Shown piece after piece: positions 18,418 through 28,223 of a DNA stretch of 64,000 nt (position 1 is its first letter; each line of letters opens with the position of its first letter). The notes beneath the pieces were generated by a model. That model saw only the letters and a program-made list of their open reading frames with translations, was not told the DNA's origin and did not search any database. Both the position numbers and the translations under genes were made by a program. Source of the stretch: Candidatus Micrarchaeota archaeon. GTDB lineage: Archaea > Micrarchaeota > Micrarchaeia > Anstonellales > Bilamarchaeaceae. The stretch covers positions 1 through 64,000 of the forward strand of contig JBDRLQ010000003.1 of assembly GCA_043812915.1 (NCBI GenBank), given 5' to 3'.

Positions 18418-18635
18418 CCTTGTATTGACAGATTGATTTTGGCGATATTCATGTAGTGTCACTATCTTTCTTGATGCCAAAATTGGCATCACAGCGCCCC
18501 CAAAAGGTCAGACCCCAGAGCTGCCCCGAGGGTCTTCCTCCTAAATTTTTGTTCACTTGGCTGGCGTGCACTTGACTTGCCTTTATCAAACTGCACGGGC
18601 TCTACTTTTCCAATGCCCCAATTCTGGAATAGTTG

Positions 18636-19862
18636 TTAGCGTCTGCGGCTTCTGCCGCGCCCGCGTTGCCCTCCTGAAGAAGGTCCGCCGCCACGTCTGC
18701 GCTGGCCGGCTCTGCTATTGCTGCTATGGCCTGAAGAATGCCTGCCGCCATGACTGCGCTGCTCAGTCCTGCCATTGCCGCTGTACCCGCCATTGTTTCT
18801 GCGGCCCCCTCTTGGCCCCCTTGGCAGCGGGTCAGTCTCAACGAAGGTTATCGCGCGCCCGGCCTTCCCCATCCTCCCGGTCCTGCCGATGCGGTGGGTG
18901 TGCATCTCCGGACTGTCAGCCTGGTCGTAATTTATGACGTGCGAGATATCCTCGACATGCAGGCCCCTGGCAGCGACATCGGTTGCTATCAGTATCCTGA
19001 ACCTGCCTTCCTGGAACTCCCGGATGGTCCTTTCGCGCTGGGTCTGGCTTTTGCCTCCATGGAGATATTTAGCCTCAATCCCGTTCCTGTTGAGCTTGCG
19101 GCAGATGGTTTCAACCGCTCTTTTAGAGGCTACAAATACGATTGTCCTGGATACAGGCTCGCTGGCAAGTATCTGGCTTAGCCTATCCAGCTTCTCGCTT
19201 CTGCTCAGTTTGATGGACTCTTCGTCTATTTTTACCGCCTTGCCCTGCGGGCCTACCTCAATCATATGCGGGGCCCTCATATACTGCCCGATTATCCTGA
19301 GTATTTCCGGCTCAAGCGTTGCTGAAAAAAGCATCATCTGCCGCTTCGCATTCACCTGCCGCAGTATCCGGTCAATATCCGGCTTGAACCCCATATCTAG
19401 CATGCGGTCGGCCTCATCGAGCACGACACAGTTGACGGAAGATAAATCCACAGTCCCTCTCCCGACATGGTCCAGGAGCCTCCCGGGGGTAGCGACTATT
19501 ATGTCGAATCCACGCCTGAGGCTCGCTATCTGCGGCCCCATGCCCGCCCCGCCGTATATGGCATATATGTTCATGCGGTGGTTTTTCGCTATCGAGCGTA
19601 TCTCATTGGCAATCTGGACAGCGAGCTCACGCGTCGGTGCAAGGACCAGCCCCTTCCTGTCCCGGTCCTTGGATATGTTCTCTATCATGCCTATCCCGAA
19701 CGCAGCGGTCTTGCCGGTCCCGGTCTGGCTTCTCACAACGACTTCATCGCCATTCAGTATCAGCGGCACCGTCTTTTCCTGTACTTCTGTCGCGTCGATG
19801 TAACCCATCTCGCCCAGAGCTTCGGCTGTCTTTTTGCAAATTTTCATCTCTCCGAATATCAT
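18636..19862 (-). CDS. DEAD-box RNA helicase with RGG-rich tail
   Basis: Q motif, SQTGTGKT, PTRELA, TPGRLLD, DEAD, SAT, ARGL and HRIGRTGR. Start 19862 or 19922. Confidence 0.96.
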   Translation of the reverse strand: MIFGEMKICKKTAEALGEMGYIDATEVQEKTVPLILNGDEVVVRSQTGTGKTAAFGIGMIENISKDRDRKGLVLAPTRELAVQIANEIRSIAKNHRMNIYAIYGGAGMGPQIASLRRGFDIIVATPGRLLDHVGRGTVDLSSVNCVVLDEADRMLDMGFKPDIDRILRQVNAKRQMMLFSATLEPEILRIIGQYMRAPHMIEVGPQGKAVKIDEESIKLSRSEKLDRLSQILASEPVSRTIVFVASKRAVETICRKLNRNGIEAKYLHGGKSQTQRERTIREFQEGRFRILIATDVAARGLHVEDISHVINYDQADSPEMHTHRIGRTGRMGKAGRAITFVETDPLPRGPRGGRRNNGGYSGNGRTEQRSHGGRHSSGHSSNSRAGQRRRGGGPSSGGQRGRGRSRRR

Positions 19863-20034
19863 TTCATCTACCTTCCAAAATTCGATTTTCGTTATCTTTT
19901 CCACTCTCTTTTGGGAGGTCATGATAAAAAAAACAGAATTTTTTATTTATTACAACTATTAATGCCGCTCTCCATTAATAATACTTTGTGTTTGCCGGAC
20001 TGGAAGCTTCTTATCCCATATTTGCTATTTTTGA

Positions 20035-20530
20035 GTTATAACACACACAAAAGAGTTTGCAGATGAATTTTTCAGGCTGGAACAGGAGCTGGGTCCCTTC
20101 ATCAAAGGCGGATGGATGCTTGGCCTTGCGGTTTTTGCCCTTCTAATTACTTTTGCCGCAACGCGCGAAATACTGGCCTTCGAGGCATTTGTCTTTATTC
20201 CCTCTTGGGTCAATACCCCACAGCTTGCTGCGGTTGGGATGTTTTTATTCCGCATCTCTACGCAAGCAGCAGACCCGGTATTCGACCATGTTTGCGGAAA
20301 TACTGAAGATGGACGAATCAGAGCGCAAAAAACTCTTTCCACAAGGCGTCCGCTACAAACTTTTCATGAAATGGAGGTCAAGGCACACCTTCCCGACTGC
20401 TCTTTCAATCCGGAATTCATTCTGGAATTCCTCTCTGGCCTGGTTTTTGACAGTCCTGCTGGGCATTGCGATGGTTGTTGTCGGGTTTGTTGTGGTCTTT
20501 TCGGACATTGTGCCATCGCAAATGAGCTAA
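20035..20530 (+). pseudogene. Possible frameshifted membrane-protein gene
   Basis: Protein-like hydrophobic stretches in two frames: KEFADEFFRLEQELGPFIKGGWMLGLAVFALLITF.. and ..KMDESERKKLFP..WFLTVLLGIAMVVVGFVVVF. No clear start. Confidence 0.3.
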
Positions 20531-20558
20531 AAATTAAGAAAAATGAGGAAAGATGGGG

Positions 20559-21749
20559 CTACTTTATCAGCTCAAGCTCTTTCCCGATTTTCTCGATTTT
20601 GTCAATCGCAAAGTCAAGCTCTTCTCTGGTGTGCTCGGCTGTAATCATCGTCCTGATTCTCGCCTTGTCACGGGCGACCATCGGGAAGACAATCGGAAGC
20701 GCGTAAACGCCCTCCTCATAGAGCCGTATGCTCATCTTCCTGGCCTTTCCGGAGTCATAAGTCATGACGGGGGTTATGGGCGTTTCGCTCTCCCCCGTGT
20801 CAAATCCAAGCTCCTTTAGCCTCTTCTTGAAGTAGTTGGTGTTCTCCCAGAGCTTCTTGACCAGCCCGTCGCTTTCCATAAGAAGCTCGATTGAAGCTAT
20901 CGATGCTGCCACATTCGCAGGCCCATGCGCTCCTGTCAGAAGCCAGGTCCTTGACTTGTTGAGCAGGAACTCCTTTCCGACCTTTGAAGTTGCGATGTAT
21001 CCGCCCATGGTCCCGAACCCCTTCGAGAATGTCCCCATGTCGAAATCCACTTTGCCTTCAACGTTGAAATGGCTGCTTATCCCGCGGCCATGGTCTCCAA
21101 GGACACCATCGCCATGAGCGTCATCCACATATGTAACTGCATTGGATTGCTCTGCAAGCTCAACGATTCTGTCCAGCGGGGCAATATCACCATCCATGGA
21201 AAACACGCCATCGGTCACCACCAGTATCCTGCTCGGATTATTTGCCGAGACCTCCTTCAGCTTGGCCTCAAGGCCCGCCATGTCCTTGTGCTTGTAGATG
21301 TGCCTCTCCGCCTTGCTCAGGCGAATCCCATCGATAATAGAGCCGTGATTGAGCTCATCTGAAATGACGACATCGCCAGGGCGCAAAAGAGCCGGAAGCG
21401 CACCGCTGTTGGCGGTGAATCCCGTGTTATAATATAATGCGTCTTCGGAATGCTTGAATTTCGCGAGAAGCTCCTCCAGGCGGATGTGAAGGTCCATCGT
21501 TCCTGCTATCGGCCGAACCGAGCCGCTGCCAGCGCCGTATTTCTCAACAGCCTCAATCGCGGCCTTTTTAAGCCTGGCATCATTCGCAAGGCCAAGGTAA
21601 TTGTTCGAGCAGAGCATCACCACCTCCTTTCCTCCGACATCGCACTTTGCTGATGATGGTCCGTTGAGGGTCTTTGGATTCCAAAGAAGGTTCTGTTCAT
21701 AGAGGGCATTCAGCTCTTCCTGCATCTCTTTCTTGATTTTATCATTCAT
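20559..21749 (-). CDS. kbl: Glycine C-acetyltransferase (2-amino-3-ketobutyrate CoA ligase; Kbl/BioF family)
   Basis: CSNNYLGLA, SDELNHGSIIDG, TDGVFSMDGD, VDDAHG and GTFSKG PLP lysine; divergent from tdh. Confidence 0.92.
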   Translation of the reverse strand: MNDKIKKEMQEELNALYEQNLLWNPKTLNGPSSAKCDVGGKEVVMLCSNNYLGLANDARLKKAAIEAVEKYGAGSGSVRPIAGTMDLHIRLEELLAKFKHSEDALYYNTGFTANSGALPALLRPGDVVISDELNHGSIIDGIRLSKAERHIYKHKDMAGLEAKLKEVSANNPSRILVVTDGVFSMDGDIAPLDRIVELAEQSNAVTYVDDAHGDGVLGDHGRGISSHFNVEGKVDFDMGTFSKGFGTMGGYIATSKVGKEFLLNKSRTWLLTGAHGPANVAASIASIELLMESDGLVKKLWENTNYFKKRLKELGFDTGESETPITPVMTYDSGKARKMSIRLYEEGVYALPIVFPMVARDKARIRTMITAEHTREELDFAIDKIEKIGKELELIK

Positions 21750-21901
21750 GATTCCCACCTTTTTGATAGACTTATTCTGAATATTATAAAATGATTGTGC
21801 AGGATTGGCGCACCCCGGTTGATTGTCGTATATCTCTTCTGCCATCTGGCACTTTTAAAAAATATTCACAGCTTTCCCTAACCAAATCAAAAGGGATTGC
21901 T

Positions 21902-22945
21902 ATGGGCATGAACGCAGTTTGGAAAACCAAGGGGGAACAGGGGCTTGAAATCAAGGAGGCTGAGATTCCGAAGCCGAAAGACGATGAAGTGCTAATCAAA
22001 GTGAAGGCGACTTCAATCTGCGGAACGGATATGCACATATACAAATGGGATGACTGGGCCGCCAAAAGAATAGGAAAGAACATCCCGTACATCTTCGGCC
22101 ATGAGGTCTCAGGCGAAATTGTCGAGATGGGAAAATCCGTAAAAGGGCTGGGCATTGGTGACCATGTCTCGGCCGAGACCCACATCTCCTGCGGCTACTG
22201 CTTCCAGTGCAAGACCGGCAATGAGCACATCTGCGAGAATGTTAAGATTCTGGGTGTGGACACCAACGGCACCTTTGCCGAATACCTCACTCTCCCCTAC
22301 AGGAACGCGTGGGTGAATGACAAGAGAATCCCCCATGGGCTAGCCTCCATGCAGGAGCCAATCGGAAATGCTGTTCACACAGTTTTCGATGGCGATGTGG
22401 CCGGAAAGGTGGTGACGATTATCGGCATGGGCCCGATTGGCGTATGCGCGGTAGGGCTGTGCAAGGCCGCAGGGGCGGAAAAGGTGATTGCGGTCGGAAG
22501 GCATGATATGAGGCTGCGCTTCGCAAAGGAATTCGGCGCTGACCTGCTAATCAACAGCAAGGATGAAGGCGTGGATGTCAAAAAGGAGATAATGGACGCC
22601 ACGAACGGAAAAGGCGCTGACGTGTTCCTTGAGGTAGCCGGATCACCCTCATCATTCAACACTGGAATAGAGACACTGCGCCCTGGAGGCAGGGCGTCAA
22701 TCCTCGGGGTTTTCTCCAAGCCTTTCGAAGTGGACATGACCAGCATTGTCTTCAAGGCAGCAAAAGTAAACGGAATAAACGGAAGGAAGATGTTCGACAC
22801 CTGGTACAAGACAAAATCATTCCTTGGCTCCGGAAAGATACCTTTCGAGAAGCTGATAACCCACAAGTTCAAGCTCACGGAAATCGAGAAAGGCTTTGAT
22901 GTACTGATGAGGAGGGAAGGGATGAAGGTCGTCCTTGAGCCATGA
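21902..22945 (+). CDS. tdh: L-threonine 3-dehydrogenase
   Basis: SICGTDMHIY.WD.WA, GHE.SGE, VSAETH..CG.C..C and GINGRKMFDTWY. Confidence 0.96.
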   Translation: MGMNAVWKTKGEQGLEIKEAEIPKPKDDEVLIKVKATSICGTDMHIYKWDDWAAKRIGKNIPYIFGHEVSGEIVEMGKSVKGLGIGDHVSAETHISCGYCFQCKTGNEHICENVKILGVDTNGTFAEYLTLPYRNAWVNDKRIPHGLASMQEPIGNAVHTVFDGDVAGKVVTIIGMGPIGVCAVGLCKAAGAEKVIAVGRHDMRLRFAKEFGADLLINSKDEGVDVKKEIMDATNGKGADVFLEVAGSPSSFNTGIETLRPGGRASILGVFSKPFEVDMTSIVFKAAKVNGINGRKMFDTWYKTKSFLGSGKIPFEKLITHKFKLTEIEKGFDVLMRREGMKVVLEP

Positions 22946-23430
22946 GCAAGATGGTATTTATGGAAAAAGAAAAAGCGACATTCGGGGCGGGCTGCTTCTG
23001 GCATGTGGAGGCTGCTTTCATGAAAGCTAGGGGCGTTCTTTCCACATCAGTCGGCTTCATGGGCGGCAGAAAAAAGAACCCGACCTACAAGCAGGTCTGC
23101 AACGGGGATACCGGGCACACAGAAGTTGTCAATCTGGAGTTTGATCCCTCAGTTGTGGGCTACAAAGAGCTGCTTGAGCTATTCTGGAAAATTCATGACC
23201 CGACAACCCTGAACCGGCAGGGCCCCGATGTCGGCGAGCAGTACCGCTCGGTAATCTTCTACCATAACGAAAAGCAGAAGGAAGCGGCTGAAAAATCGAA
23301 AAGAGAGAGGCAGAAGGGCCTGGACAAGAAAATTGTTACCGTAATTGAGCCTGCGGCTGAATTCTACAAGGCAGAGGAGCACCACCAGCGATACTTCGAG
23401 AAGAATAACATCGAGGGTGGGCTCTGCTAG
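22942..23430 (+). CDS. msrA: Peptide-methionine (S)-S-oxide reductase
   Basis: [29 protein letters not shown] and AEEHHQRY. Confidence 0.98.
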   Translation: MSKMVFMEKEKATFGAGCFWHVEAAFMKARGVLSTSVGFMGGRKKNPTYKQVCNGDTGHTEVVNLEFDPSVVGYKELLELFWKIHDPTTLNRQGPDVGEQYRSVIFYHNEKQKEAAEKSKRERQKGLDKKIVTVIEPAAEFYKAEEHHQRYFEKNNIEGGLC

Positions 23431-23443
23431 GGAGGCGGATTAT

Positions 23444-23839
23444 ATGGAGAAGAAGAGCGAGAAGGAATGGAGAGAATCCCTCACCCCGGCACAATATGCT
23501 GTGCTGCGGGAAAAGGGCACGGAAGCCCCGTTCAGCGGGGAATATGTCAAGCACAAGGGAAAAGGCGTTTACGTATGCGCTGCCTGCGGCAACGAGCTCT
23601 TCAAATCCGACACAAAATTCGAATCTGGTTGCGGCTGGCCCAGCTTCTTCGAGTCAATCGCGAAGGATGCTGTGGAACTGAAGGAAGACAACTCCCATTT
23701 GATGAAGCGGACTGAGGTTGTCTGCAAAAAATGTGGAAGCCACCTGGGCCATGTCTTTGATGACGGGCCAAATCCGACTGGCAAGAGATACTGCATCAAT
23801 TCCGTCGCATTGGGCTTCAGGGGCAAGAAGGACAAATAG
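23444..23839 (+). CDS. msrB: Peptide-methionine (R)-S-oxide reductase
   Basis: [40 protein letters not shown] and RYCINS. Confidence 0.98.
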   Translation: MEKKSEKEWRESLTPAQYAVLREKGTEAPFSGEYVKHKGKGVYVCAACGNELFKSDTKFESGCGWPSFFESIAKDAVELKEDNSHLMKRTEVVCKKCGSHLGHVFDDGPNPTGKRYCINSVALGFRGKKDK

Positions 23840-23870
23840 ATATATATTCCAGCATTGCCGGAATCTACTT

Positions 23871-24530
23871 ATGAGGACATATCTTTTTCTTGCGCTATTG
23901 GTCATATCATCTATTCTGCTACCCGGGTGCGTGCAGCCCCAGAGCGAATCCATCATGGAGCTTCAGGATGTGGAAGTCAGGGAATATCAGGGCGAGCGTC
24001 TTTCATCAATCGCTGATTTCAGGGAGAACTCAATCAAGGGCCCGCAATATGTGGATGGCGAAGGCTACCGCCTGGAGGTTGCCGGGCTTGTTGACAATCC
24101 GGCAGAGTACACCTATGATGAAGTGCTCGGCTTCCAGCGCTATGAGAAGGTCGTCACCCTTGATTGCGTGGAAGGCTGGGGAGCGACAATCCTCTGGGAA
24201 GGCGTTCTTGTGCGCGACATCCTTGACGAGGCTGGCCCCGACAGTGAGGCCAAGGTGGTGATACTGCACGCGTATGATGGCTACACCACATCATTCCCCC
24301 TTGATTATTTCTACGAGAACGACATAATCATGGCCTACAGGATGAATGGGGTGGAGCTGCCCCCTGAGCGCGGCTACCCGTTCCAGCTGGTCGCCGAGAG
24401 CAAGTGGGGCTACAAATGGATTAAATGGATAACCAAGATTGAGCTGTCCGATGATGAGGAGTATGAGGGCTTCTGGGAGAGCAGGGGCTACTCGAACTCC
24501 GGAAACCTGAATGAGAGCTTTTTCGGGTAA
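23871..24530 (+). CDS. Molybdopterin-dependent oxidoreductase, sulfite oxidase/MsrP(YedY)-like, probable lipoprotein
   Basis: Signal ending LPGC, Mo-ligand LDCVEGW, LPPERGYPFQLV, WGYKWIKW and GFWESRGY. Confidence 0.9.
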   Translation: MRTYLFLALLVISSILLPGCVQPQSESIMELQDVEVREYQGERLSSIADFRENSIKGPQYVDGEGYRLEVAGLVDNPAEYTYDEVLGFQRYEKVVTLDCVEGWGATILWEGVLVRDILDEAGPDSEAKVVILHAYDGYTTSFPLDYFYENDIIMAYRMNGVELPPERGYPFQLVAESKWGYKWIKWITKIELSDDEEYEGFWESRGYSNSGNLNESFFG

Positions 24531-24587
24531 TCCTGCCAGGCGGGGTTCTTAGCCACCTTTATATTTTATGCCTTCTTTTTCATTTTC

Positions 24588-25673
24588 ATGCCCAGAAAGC
24601 CAGGAAGACAAAAGCGCGCCAAGGCATTTCCATACATCGCAATAGCGATTTTAATGGCAGTTATCATTATCATACTCGGCAGATCCAATGAGCCTCTCCC
24701 CTTGCCCGAAATTCCGCACAATGTCTCCCCCATTCTTCCGGGCCCTGAGCCTGTTGGGGAAGGCTGCGGCTTTCTGAAGGCATACATAATCAATGTAAGC
24801 CAGGCCGATGGAATTCTCATCATCACTCCGAAGAACAGGACGCTCCTCATAGACACCGGCTCGGCAATGAAGCCGAACTCATCATCGAACCTTGTTGCCT
24901 TCCTGAAGGAAAAAGGAATCCATGATATCGATGCCTTGCTGATTACCCATTACCATGAGGACCACATCGGCGGCATGAAACAGGTGACGCAGGAGTTTGG
25001 AATCGGGAAAATGTACCATAATGGGAACTGCGGTAACTATTCTAGCAGGATACAGGAGTTCACCCAGGAATTTGCCATGAACAGTAGCGCCATTGTGGTC
25101 AAGCATGACATGGACCTTGAACTGGATGACTGCATCTCAGCCAGGATGGTTGTCGCCTATGACCGCCCGCAGGGCTGCTGGGACTCAAGCAGCCAGGGTT
25201 CCAATGAGAATGACAATTCAATCCTCCTGCGAATTTTGTATGGGAACACCTCAATGCTTTTCTCCGGGGACTGCGAAGGCCCCTGCGAAGGGGTGGTAGT
25301 TGCACAGGAGGATGACATCCACGCCGATTTCCTGAAGGCGGGGCACCATGGAAGCGCCACTTCATCCACGCCCGGGTTCCTTGCAGCTGTCGGGGCCGGA
25401 TACTATGCAATTTCCACTGACAGGAACAGGAGCGTTACGGACGGTTATTACCACCCGAGGCAGATTCCGCTAGGGAACATATTCGAAGTTGGCGGTGCCG
25501 GAAAAACATACCGGACCGACCTGAACGGGCTGATAACGGTGCTATCTGACGGGGCAGAGCTTACAATAATGACAGAAGCTGCCTCTGATTTGTGCTCAAC
25601 GTTCAGCGGATACAATTCCACCAATATCTCAACCTATAAGCCGATTAGTCAGATATCCGGAACGTGTGGATAA
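24588..25673 (+). CDS. ComEC/Rec2-type MBL-fold hydrolase, membrane-anchored
   Basis: N-terminal TM; NVSQADG, LIDTG, THYHEDHIGG, NDNS, FSGD, KAGHHGS, YYHP and YRTDLNG. Confidence 0.9.
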   Translation: MPRKPGRQKRAKAFPYIAIAILMAVIIIILGRSNEPLPLPEIPHNVSPILPGPEPVGEGCGFLKAYIINVSQADGILIITPKNRTLLIDTGSAMKPNSSSNLVAFLKEKGIHDIDALLITHYHEDHIGGMKQVTQEFGIGKMYHNGNCGNYSSRIQEFTQEFAMNSSAIVVKHDMDLELDDCISARMVVAYDRPQGCWDSSSQGSNENDNSILLRILYGNTSMLFSGDCEGPCEGVVVAQEDDIHADFLKAGHHGSATSSTPGFLAAVGAGYYAISTDRNRSVTDGYYHPRQIPLGNIFEVGGAGKTYRTDLNGLITVLSDGAELTIMTEAASDLCSTFSGYNSTNISTYKPISQISGTCG

Positions 25674-25690
25674 ATCAAGATGTGATTTGC

Positions 25691-26221
25691 ATGCATATAC
25701 CTGTGATACTTGGAACCGCGCGGAAGGGAAGGCAGTCCTTGAAGGTTGCAAAATTCATTATGGGCGAAGCGAAGAAGGCGGGGCTTAAGAGCGAAATCAT
25801 AGATGTCAGGGATTACCGGATTCCGGCAACAGACAATACCGAGAAGAGCGATAAGGCAAAGAAGCTTGCCAGGAAAATCCAGCCCGCCGAAGGTCTAATC
25901 ATTGTCACTCCGGAATACAATTTCTCATATCCCGGGGAGCTGAAGATGATGCTCGACCTGCTCTATAAGCAATATGAAGGCAAGCCTGTCGGTATCTGCA
26001 GCGTCTCTGGCGGCGCCTTCGGTGGCGCGAGGGCCGCGCAGGAGCTGAAGCTGCTGTGCGTCACGTTCTGCATGCATCCGATCTGCCAGACACTTTATTT
26101 CCCTGATGTCCAGGAACAGTTCGACGGCAAGGGGAAAGTTAAGGATGAGAAGTACTACAAAAGGGCAAAGCGTTTCCTTGATTGCCTTTCAGGGCATGCG
26201 AAAGCGCTCAAGAAAATCTGA
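25691..26221 (+). CDS. NADPH-dependent FMN reductase
   Basis: ILGTARKGRQS, TPEYNFSYPGELK and SGGAFGGARA. Confidence 0.92.
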   Translation: MHIPVILGTARKGRQSLKVAKFIMGEAKKAGLKSEIIDVRDYRIPATDNTEKSDKAKKLARKIQPAEGLIIVTPEYNFSYPGELKMMLDLLYKQYEGKPVGICSVSGGAFGGARAAQELKLLCVTFCMHPICQTLYFPDVQEQFDGKGKVKDEKYYKRAKRFLDCLSGHAKALKKI

Positions 26222-26641
26222 CTATTCCACTCTTCGCAGCATGATTGCCGGACACACCCTTGTCACGCCATCCGTCCTCTCAAGTTTTTTCAGGAAGGCA
26301 TTCAGCCCTTTGGAATCCCTGCACCACACCTCAAACATCATCATGTGGTCACCAGAAGTGAGCGCGGAATAGCGGATATTGGGCAGCTCCTTTACTTTCT
26401 CAAACACGCTGACAACTGTTTCAGGGGTGGCATCTACCCCGACAAGGGCGACCCCTTCATACCCCAGGTAGAATGGGTCAACTATCACTGTGTATGCCCT
26501 CAGAATCCCCTTGCGCTCCAGGTTCTTTATCCTCTTTCGGACTGCGGTCTCCGTGATTTTCAGCTCTGCTGATATATGCCTCAGCGGTATGCGGCTGTTC
26601 TTTATGAGCGCCTGGAGTATGATTTCATTCTTTTTATCCAT
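26222..26641 (-). CDS. lrpA: Lrp/AsnC transcriptional regulator (LrpA/Ptr2-like)
   Basis: ITETAVRKRIK HTH; SGDHMMM and GVTRVCPAI match the archaeal LrpA subfamily. Confidence 0.88.
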   Translation of the reverse strand: MDKKNEIILQALIKNSRIPLRHISAELKITETAVRKRIKNLERKGILRAYTVIVDPFYLGYEGVALVGVDATPETVVSVFEKVKELPNIRYSALTSGDHMMMFEVWCRDSKGLNAFLKKLERTDGVTRVCPAIMLRRVE

Positions 26642-26650
26642 AGTTATATA

Positions 26651-26670
26651 TTCGAACCAAAAGGTTTTAA
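26651..26670. promoter_or_regulatory. Candidate Lrp operator between lrpA and the ahpC operon
   Basis: Imperfect palindrome TTCGAACC-AAAA-GGTTTTAA with an A-rich centre, overlapping TATA-like TTTTAAATA. Confidence 0.45.
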
Positions 26671-26732
26671 ATACGAACATACATCATATTATTCATTGGG
26701 CACTTGGCCCGTAGAATTCTAGAGGTGAAAAC

Positions 26733-27296
26733 ATGGTGAAGATAGGCGAAGAAGTGCCGGATATGGAAGTTGAAGTATACCAGAACAATGACACAAGGAG
26801 AGTGAAGCTCTCGGACTACCGGGGCAAATGGCTTGTGCTGGTATTCTATCCGGCGGATTTCACATTCGTGTGCCCAACAGAGCTCGAGGAGCTTGCCAAT
26901 GCCTACGGGCTGTTTGGCCAGGCAGGGGCTGAAATAATGAGCGTCAGTACGGATACAGTATACGTCCATAAGGCCTGGCATGATACGTCTCCTGCGGTTA
27001 AGAAAATCCGGTATCCGATGGCGGCGGACCCTAACCATAGGCTATGCAAGCTGTTCGGGACCCATATAGAGGAAGAAGGGGTGTCATTGAGGGGCACATT
27101 CATCATCGACCCTGATGGGGTTCTAATGGCGATGGAAATCCATGACAACAGCATCGGAAGGAGTGCCAGGGAAATTCTCAGGAAAGTGCAGGCGGCCAAG
27201 TTCGTGAGGGAGAATCCCGGAAATGTCTGTCCCGCCGCGTGGGAACCTGGAAAGGAAACCATTAAGCCGGGTTTGAACCTAGTAGGTAAGATATAA
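26733..27296 (+). CDS. ahpC: 2-Cys peroxiredoxin
   Basis: FYPADFTFVCPTE and VCPAAW.PG. Confidence 0.97.
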   Translation: MVKIGEEVPDMEVEVYQNNDTRRVKLSDYRGKWLVLVFYPADFTFVCPTELEELANAYGLFGQAGAEIMSVSTDTVYVHKAWHDTSPAVKKIRYPMAADPNHRLCKLFGTHIEEEGVSLRGTFIIDPDGVLMAMEIHDNSIGRSAREILRKVQAAKFVRENPGNVCPAAWEPGKETIKPGLNLVGKI

Positions 27297-27306
27297 GGTG
27301 AATTGA

Positions 27307-27684
27307 ATGACAGAACAGAAACAGGTCTACAAATGCGAAGTATGTGGGAATATTGTTGAAGTGCTGCATGCCGGTGCGGGTGAGCTCGTCTGCTGCGGGC
27401 AGCCCATGAAGCTGATGCAGGAGAACACTGTGGATGCTGCAACCGAGAAGCATGTCCCGGTTATTAAGAAGACGAAGAAAGGCGTGAAGGTGAAAGTCGG
27501 TTCTGTCCCTCATCCTATGGAAGCGAAGCATTACATCGAATGGATTGAAGTCATCGTGGATGGCAGGGTGTACCGGAAATTCCTGAAACCTGGAGATGCT
27601 CCGGAAGCGGAATTCGAAGTCAGCGGTGAAAACATAGTTGCCAGGGAATACTGCAATCTGCACGGCCTCTGGAAAAGCGAATAG
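27307..27684 (+). CDS. dfx: Desulfoferrodoxin (2Fe superoxide reductase)
   Basis: [27 protein letters not shown] and YCNLHGLW. Confidence 0.97.
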   Translation: MTEQKQVYKCEVCGNIVEVLHAGAGELVCCGQPMKLMQENTVDAATEKHVPVIKKTKKGVKVKVGSVPHPMEAKHYIEWIEVIVDGRVYRKFLKPGDAPEAEFEVSGENIVAREYCNLHGLWKSE

Positions 27685-27693
27685 GTGAATATG

Positions 27694-28215
27694 ATGAAAA
27701 TAACCAAAGAGATGGAAAGCGCGATAAACGCGCAGATAAACGCGGAGTTCTTCTCCGGCTACCTCTACCTTTCAATGGCGGCCTTCTTCGAGCGGCAGAA
27801 CCTTCCTGGGTTCTCCACCTGGATGAGGATGCAGGCCCAGGAGGAGCAGATTCACGGCATGAAGCTTTTCAATTATCTGTTGGAAAGGGGCGGCTCATTC
27901 AGTCCGAAGGCGATTGATGCTCCCGCCTCAAGCTGGGGATCCCCGCTTGCCGTGTTCCAGGAATCCTTTAAGCATGAGCAGGATGTGACCGGCATGATAA
28001 ACAAGCTCTATGAGGCTGCAAGGGCCGAGAATGACCACGCCACCGAAATCCAGCTGCAGTGGTTCATCACCGAGCAGGTGGAAGAGGAGTCTTCTGCAGA
28101 AGCTATTGTTGAGAAGCTTAAACTCGCAGGAGACAAACCCCAGGCCCTTCTTATGCTGGACCGAGAGCTTGGCTCAAGAGCCCCTCCGTCATCCGGCGCT
28201 GAAGGCGGGGAATAA
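27694..28215 (+). CDS. ftnA: Non-heme ferritin
   Basis: QINAE..S.YLYLSMA, Q.QEE..H.MK, HEQ.VT and LQWFITEQVEEE. Confidence 0.95.
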   Translation: MKITKEMESAINAQINAEFFSGYLYLSMAAFFERQNLPGFSTWMRMQAQEEQIHGMKLFNYLLERGGSFSPKAIDAPASSWGSPLAVFQESFKHEQDVTGMINKLYEAARAENDHATEIQLQWFITEQVEEESSAEAIVEKLKLAGDKPQALLMLDRELGSRAPPSSGAEGGE

Positions 28216-28223
28216 TCCATTTT

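Larger units (their letters stand above)
14939..18542. mobile_element. Putative small tRNA-Leu-anchored genomic islet (no integrase seen)
   Basis: Starts right after the tRNA 3' end, is visibly AT-richer than the flanks and holds two accessory genes. A 9-bp copy of tRNA 3' sequence CTTCCTCCT sits at 18534..18542. Confidence 0.45.

Noticed and set aside
22942..23839. Frameshifted msrAB fusion
   Set aside because: msrB has its own GGAGG RBS and ATG at 23444; both genes are complete.
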